Shown piece by piece: positions 38,264-43,193 of a stretch of 43,193 nt of DNA. The DNA lies in contig JAYEJL010000115.1 in the NCBI GenBank assembly GCA_034660555.1, positions 1-43,193 on the forward strand, read 5' to 3'. Position numbers and translations under genes: made by a program. The notes beneath the pieces are model-generated. The model saw nothing but the letters and a program-made list of their open reading frames with translations, did no database searches and was not told where the DNA came from. This stretch comes from Thermotogota bacterium. GTDB lineage: Bacteria; Thermotogota; Thermotogae; Petrotogales; Kosmotogaceae. Numbering within the stretch: position 1 is the first letter of the stretch; each line of letters opens with the position of its first letter.

Positions 38264-41200
38264 ATGCCAAAAAACATGCAAAGTATGGATGGTAATACAG
38301 CAGCTGCACATGTTTCCTATGCTTTTACTGATGTTGCTGCTATATATCCAATCACACCATCATCCCCAATGGCAGAACTTATTGATGCGTGGTCAGCCAA
38401 AGGGAGAAAGAATCTTTTCGGACAGTCCGTTAATGTAGTAGAAATGCAGGCTGAAAGTGGTGCTGCTGGTGCAGTTCACGGTTCGTTGACAGCTGGAGCT
38501 TTGACAACAACTTATACAGCTTCTCAGGGATTGCTTTTAATGATACCAAATATGTATAAAATCTCCGGCGAATTATTACCAGGTGTTTTTCACGTAAGCG
38601 CGAGAGCTGTTGCCGGTCATGCACTATCTATATTTGGCGATCATACAGACGTGATGGCCACAAGGCAAACAGGTTTTGCTTTGTTAGCCTCTGGAAGCGT
38701 TCAGGAAGTTATGGATCTTAGCAGTGTTGCTCACCTTGCAGCTATCAAATCAAGTTTACCTTTCCTACATTTCTTCGATGGTTTCAGAACATCACAAGAA
38801 ATTCAGAAGGTTGAGGTAATGGATTATGAAGAACTAAGAAAGCTTCTCGATTACAAAGCCGTTGATAAATTCAGAAAAAATGCACTCAACCCAGAGCATC
38901 CAAGAACAAAGGGTACTGCTCAAAATCCTGATATTTATTTCCAGGCTAAAGAATCGATTAACAGATTTTACACCGATGTACCTGATACTGTGGCCAACTA
39001 CATGAAGCAAATTTCCGATCTTACCGGGAGAGAGTACAAACCATTTAATTACTATGGGGACCCTGAAGCTGAATATATAATCGCTGCAATGGGTTCAGTA
39101 ACAGATACCATAGAAGAAACTGTCGATTATCTTACTTCTAAAGGTGAAAAAGTAGGTGTTATTAAAGTTCACCTTTACAGACCATTCTCAGAAAAATACT
39201 TCATGGAAGCTTTACCGAAAACAACTAAAAAAATCGCAGCTCTAGATCGAACAAAAGAGATTGGTTCAATTGGAGAGCCGCTTTACGAGGATATAAGAAG
39301 TTTATTCTACAGAAGAGAAAATGCTCCTGAAATTGTCGGAGGTCGTTACGGTCTAGGCTCAAAAGACACAACACCATCTCAAATAAAAGCTGTTTATGAC
39401 AATCTTAAGAAAGACAAAGCTAAGGATCATTTCACTATTGGTATCGTTGACGATGTAACGAACACCTCACTTGAAGTTAAGGAAAATATTCAGTCGGTCC
39501 CTGAAGGAACAATATCCTGTAAATTCTGGGGGTTTGGATCCGACGGAACCGTAGGTGCCAATAAAAACGCAATTAAAATTATTGGTGACAATACAGATAT
39601 GTACGCACAGGGATACTTCGCGTACGATTCCAAAAAGTCAGGCGGAGTTACCATTTCTCATTTAAGATTTGGTCATAAGCCTATAAAGTCGACATATTTT
39701 GTGAGCGACGCAGACTACGTAGCATGTCATAAACAATCATATATTGGTCAATATGATATGATAAGCGATTTAAAAGAAAGCGGTACCTTCGTTTTGAATA
39801 CGAACTGGGATAAAGATGAACTTGAAGAAAAACTACCAGCAGATATGAAGCGTTATATTGCGAATAACAATATCGACTTTTATATCATTGATGCAACAAA
39901 GATAGCAATGGAAATTGGTTTAGGTAACAGAATAAATACAGTTATGCAGGCTGTATTCTTCAAATTGGCAAAGGTTATTCCGCTTGACAAAGCTGAAAAA
40001 TTACTTAAAGATGCCATAAAAAAGACATATGGCAAAAAAGGCGAAAAAATTGTAAAAATGAATTACGAAGCTATTGATCGTGGATTTGATTCACTTAAGA
40101 AAATTGAGGCACCTGATTCATGGAAGAATGCAAAGGATACTAAAGAGAACAAAGCAGAAGACAAAGACTTACCCGATTTCATAAAAAAAGTAGCAGAACC
40201 AATGAATAAACAAAAAGGTGATTCTCTACCTGTAAGTGCTTTTAAGGGCAGAGAGGATGGATCATTCCCTTCAGGTACAACAGCATATGAAAAGCGTGGC
40301 GTTGCCATAGAAGTTCCCGAATGGAAGATAGAGAATTGTATACAGTGCAACGAATGTGCGTTCGTTTGTCCGCATGCGGCAATAAGACCTTATCTTCTTA
40401 ACAAGGAAGAATTAAACAGAGCTCCTGATACGTTTGAAACAAAGAAAGCAATAGGTGGCAAGAAATTTGAAGGTTTGCAGTACAGAATGCAGATCAGTCC
40501 TCTGGATTGTACTGGTTGTGGAAATTGCGTAGATGTATGCCCTGCACCCAATAATGCCTTAGTAATGAAACCAATAGAAGAGCCTAAGGAAGCTGAGAGT
40601 AAGAATTGGGAATTTGCTCAAACGGTAAGCGAAAAGAAAGGACTATTACCACTGTCTACAGTTAAAGGTAGCCAATTCTCAACCCCTCTCATGGAATTCT
40701 CTGGAGCCTGTGCAGGCTGTGGTGAAACACCTTATGCAAAAGTCGCCACACAGCTTTATGGTGACAGAATGATTATTGCAAACGCTACCGGTTGTTCTTC
40801 AATCTGGGGAGGCTCTGCACCTTCAACTCCTTATACTGTCAATTCTGAGGGAAAAGGACCTGCCTGGGCAAATTCATTGTTTGAAGACAATGCTGAATAC
40901 GGTTTTGGTATGGTAGTGGCTGTGAAACAAATAAGAAACAGACTTGAAGATATTATGAAAGAACTCCTTGAGCTTAACATTGATGATAACGCCAAAGAAG
41001 CATTTAAAGAATGGATAGAAGGAAGAGAAGACGCAGAAAAGAGTAAAACAGCCTCAAAGAAAATACTTGAAATAATTCAAAAAGGAATGGATGATGAAAA
41101 AGTCAAAGAACTTCTGAAAGAAATCCAAGACAAAAAGGACTTCCTTGTTAAAAAATCAATATGGTCATTCGGTGGCGATGGTTGGGCTTACGATATTGGT

Positions 41201-41812
41201 TACGGCGGCCTGGATCACGTACTCGCATCCGGTGAAGATATTAATGTAATGGTTTTTGATACTGAAGTGTATTCGAATACAGGAGGTCAATCATCCAAGG
41301 CAAGTCCTACTGCAGCTGTTGCAAAGTTTGCTGCTTCAGGTAAAAAATCGAAGAAAAAAGATCTTGGACTCATGTTAATGTCCTATGGATATGTATATGT
41401 CGCTCAGGTAGCCATGGGAGCAAATAAAAATCAATTCATGAAAGCTTTAACTGAAGCAGAGAGTCACAAAGGTCCTTCCATTATCATTGCCTATTCTCCA
41501 TGTATTGCCCACGGTATAAAAGCTGGTATGGCAAAAACACAAACAAGAGAAAAGGAAGCAGTTGAAGCTGGATACTGGCATCTTTACAGATACAATCCTG
41601 AGCTAAAGAAACAGGGTAAAAATCCGTTTGTTCTTGATTCTAAAGAACCTTCAACACCCTTCAAAGAATTCCTTGAAGGTGAGATAAGATACACAGCACT
41701 TCAGAAAACATTCCCTGAAATCGCAGAAGAATTGTTTGCAAAAGCAGAAGAAGACACAAAGCAACGTTATGAAACCTACAGAAAACTGGCTGAAGGAGAA
41801 GGGGTTATATAA
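38264..41812 (+). CDS. nifJ: Pyruvate:ferredoxin (flavodoxin) oxidoreductase, single-chain type
   Basis: DGNTAAAH, YPITPSS, GSDGTVGANK, two ferredoxin CxxCxxCxxxCP motifs, GACAGCGE, GGDGWAYDIG; GAGGAGG RBS before ATG 38264. Confidence 0.97.
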   Translation: MPKNMQSMDGNTAAAHVSYAFTDVAAIYPITPSSPMAELIDAWSAKGRKNLFGQSVNVVEMQAESGAAGAVHGSLTAGALTTTYTASQGLLLMIPNMYKISGELLPGVFHVSARAVAGHALSIFGDHTDVMATRQTGFALLASGSVQEVMDLSSVAHLAAIKSSLPFLHFFDGFRTSQEIQKVEVMDYEELRKLLDYKAVDKFRKNALNPEHPRTKGTAQNPDIYFQAKESINRFYTDVPDTVANYMKQISDLTGREYKPFNYYGDPEAEYIIAAMGSVTDTIEETVDYLTSKGEKVGVIKVHLYRPFSEKYFMEALPKTTKKIAALDRTKEIGSIGEPLYEDIRSLFYRRENAPEIVGGRYGLGSKDTTPSQIKAVYDNLKKDKAKDHFTIGIVDDVTNTSLEVKENIQSVPEGTISCKFWGFGSDGTVGANKNAIKIIGDNTDMYAQGYFAYDSKKSGGVTISHLRFGHKPIKSTYFVSDADYVACHKQSYIGQYDMISDLKESGTFVLNTNWDKDELEEKLPADMKRYIANNNIDFYIIDATKIAMEIGLGNRINTVMQAVFFKLAKVIPLDKAEKLLKDAIKKTYGKKGEKIVKMNYEAIDRGFDSLKKIEAPDSWKNAKDTKENKAEDKDLPDFIKKVAEPMNKQKGDSLPVSAFKGREDGSFPSGTTAYEKRGVAIEVPEWKIENCIQCNECAFVCPHAAIRPYLLNKEELNRAPDTFETKKAIGGKKFEGLQYRMQISPLDCTGCGNCVDVCPAPNNALVMKPIEEPKEAESKNWEFAQTVSEKKGLLPLSTVKGSQFSTPLMEFSGACAGCGETPYAKVATQLYGDRMIIANATGCSSIWGGSAPSTPYTVNSEGKGPAWANSLFEDNAEYGFGMVVAVKQIRNRLEDIMKELLELNIDDNAKEAFKEWIEGREDAEKSKTASKKILEIIQKGMDDEKVKELLKEIQDKKDFLVKKSIWSFGGDGWAYDIGYGGLDHVLASGEDINVMVFDTEVYSNTGGQSSKASPTAAVAKFAASGKKSKKKDLGLMLMSYGYVYVAQVAMGANKNQFMKALTEAESHKGPSIIIAYSPCIAHGIKAGMAKTQTREKEAVEAGYWHLYRYNPELKKQGKNPFVLDSKEPSTPFKEFLEGEIRYTALQKTFPEIAEELFAKAEEDTKQRYETYRKLAEGEGVI

Positions 41813-41819
41813 GTAAATC

Positions 41820-41850
41820 ATGGGCTGATCTCCTGGTCAGCCCATTTATT
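41820..41850 (+). terminator. Intrinsic terminator after PFOR
   Basis: ATGGGCTGATC-TCCT-GGTCAGCCCAT-TTATT. Confidence 0.8.
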
Positions 41851-41876
41851 CAAATTGAAATTTAGGTAGTAAAAAT

Positions 41877-42385
41877 ATGTACGAATACGAATTTGCAAAA
41901 AAATGGAAGTAGATGGAGAGAAGTATTATAGAAAGCTTGCTTCGGAACATAACGATCAACACTTAAAGACTCTTTTCAAGATGCTGGCCGATGATGAAGT
42001 AAGACATTACGAAATAATAGAGAATATGCAGAGTAATGAGGTTCGATACAGTGATACTGATACGTTTAAAAATGTAAAAAATCTTTTCAGAAAAAGGCTG
42101 GACGAGGGAAAAAGCTTTGACATTGAAGTAGACAATCTTGAAGCGTATAAAGAAGCTGTTGATATCGAGGTGAAAAGCGCGCAGTTCTATCATGAACACG
42201 CTAAGAAAGCAAAAAATGAAGCTGAAAAGCATGTATTAGAAAAGCTTGCAAGTGAAGAAGAAAGGCATAAGGTTATCCTTGAAAATCTGATGGAATTTAT
42301 TGAAAAAGGTAAAACCTGGGTTGAATCTCCAGAATTCAGTCATCTTGAAGAATATGATGAATTCACCCAGAGGGATAATTACTGA
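41877..42385 (+). CDS. Ferritin-like/rubrerythrin-family di-iron protein; 5' end appears frameshifted in an A7 run
   Basis: Two E...ExxH modules (DEVRH, EEERH). MYEYEFAKK from ATG 41877 is one base out of frame with MEVDG at 41903. Confidence 0.85.
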
Positions 42386-42411
42386 GTTTCGTCTACAACA
42401 TGTAATAAATC

Positions 42412-42443
42412 AAAAAGGGCGCTTAAAAAGCGTCCTTTATTTA
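42412..42443. terminator. Bidirectional terminator
   Basis: AAAGGGCGCTT-AAA-AAGCGTCCTTT between convergent genes. Confidence 0.8.
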
Positions 42444-42965
42444 TCAAAATGCTGCACCTACTAAAAAGTAAGGCATTCCATTTTTTAGTGGATTGTAATT
42501 AACTGCATTGTCAAACTCAAGTTTTGTTTTGAGACCGCCTTCAACAAAGAAGTAAGAATACTCAAGTCCTATGCCGATTTTCGTATTCAGCCAGGCTGTA
42601 GCCATTTGTTGATCACCTTTTAAAATATCTACATATTCTTCAATGGGAGCTGTCCCCTGCAATCTAAGAAACACTATCCAGAACATCAGCTTAATATTGA
42701 GACCGGCATCAAATGTCGGGTCTTCCTCAAAATGATATTTTTTCTCAACATGATCGTAATAACCAAAGTAACCAATTGCTGTTAATGGTCCAAAATCGAT
42801 TTGGGTCATTGGATAAATATGAGTCCATTCAGCACTTTCATCAAGTGTTGTAACTTCAAAATCAGTCCCTACACCAAGATAAATATCCCCTGCAACTAAA
42901 AACGTAGAAGTAATAACAAAAATAATCATTATAGTGTATTTCAATTCAAACAGCTCCTTTTTCAA
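42444..42965 (-). CDS. Secreted hypothetical protein, possible small beta-barrel
   Basis: Signal-like N-terminus, alternating hydrophobic strands, C-terminal Phe (YFLVGAAF). Confidence 0.7.
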   Translation of the reverse strand: MKKELFELKYTIMIIFVITSTFLVAGDIYLGVGTDFEVTTLDESAEWTHIYPMTQIDFGPLTAIGYFGYYDHVEKKYHFEEDPTFDAGLNIKLMFWIVFLRLQGTAPIEEYVDILKGDQQMATAWLNTKIGIGLEYSYFFVEGGLKTKLEFDNAVNYNPLKNGMPYFLVGAAF

Positions 42966-43118
42966 TTAGCACAATTGATTATAACATGCGACAATCTTTT
43001 ATAAACGCATGTTAGCAATAATTACCATTAATTTAAGATTCATGACATATTATTCTTTTAGCTTTTGAATTATATGCTATCATCACTATTGTGATTTAGT
43101 CAATCTCAACCAAGGTAG

Positions 43119-43193
43119 GTGCATACCATCATACAAAGCGCAAAAGTATTGGCAGATAAATTTATAGCGTTCCTAAAAGAAAGGGGCCATAAC
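43119..43193 (+). CDS. 5' fragment of a CDS running off the window (MHTIIQSAKVLADKFIAFLKERGHN...)
   Basis: Open frame from GTG 43119 to the window end, AAGGTAG just upstream; start codon uncertain. Confidence 0.4.
   Translation, partial: MHTIIQSAKVLADKFIAFLKERGHN

Noticed and set aside
43119..43193. Possible XerC/D-like N-terminus (DKFIAFLKERG)
   Set aside because: Only 25 codons are visible, too few to assign.

Overview
AT-rich bacterial chromosomal segment. Gene content and protein style point to Thermotogota, probably Kosmotogales/Petrotogales (inferred, not searched). The housekeeping backbone is tRNA-Ala(CGC), tRNA-Glu(CTC), tRNA-Ser(GGA), tmRNA, deoB, patB, rsmA, glmM, uvrA and PFOR. 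Accessory content: (1) an OmpR-type two-component pair converging on a secreted helical protein whose promoter has an 11-bp-phased direct repeat; (2) a decayed HI0933-family flavoprotein gene; (3) a DeoR / sugar ABC / PfkB kinase / sucrose-phosphate synthase operon; (4) a ~450-bp intergenic mosaic of heptamer-repeat modules and hairpins; (5) a ~12-kb minus-strand cluster of alpha/beta hydrolase, FabH-fold enzyme with an atypical GHxGxxD motif, PhaB/FabG-like reductase, double TetR, CoA-transferase, thiolase and a Liv-type ABC importer. The LivM permease of that importer is fused to a serine hydrolase that keeps its own in-frame Shine-Dalgarno/ATG. Cluster 5 is the best candidate for an undescribed system (hypothesis: anaerobic uptake and breakdown of 3-hydroxybutyrate esters or PHB oligomers). 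No CRISPR array, transposase or complete integrase is seen.
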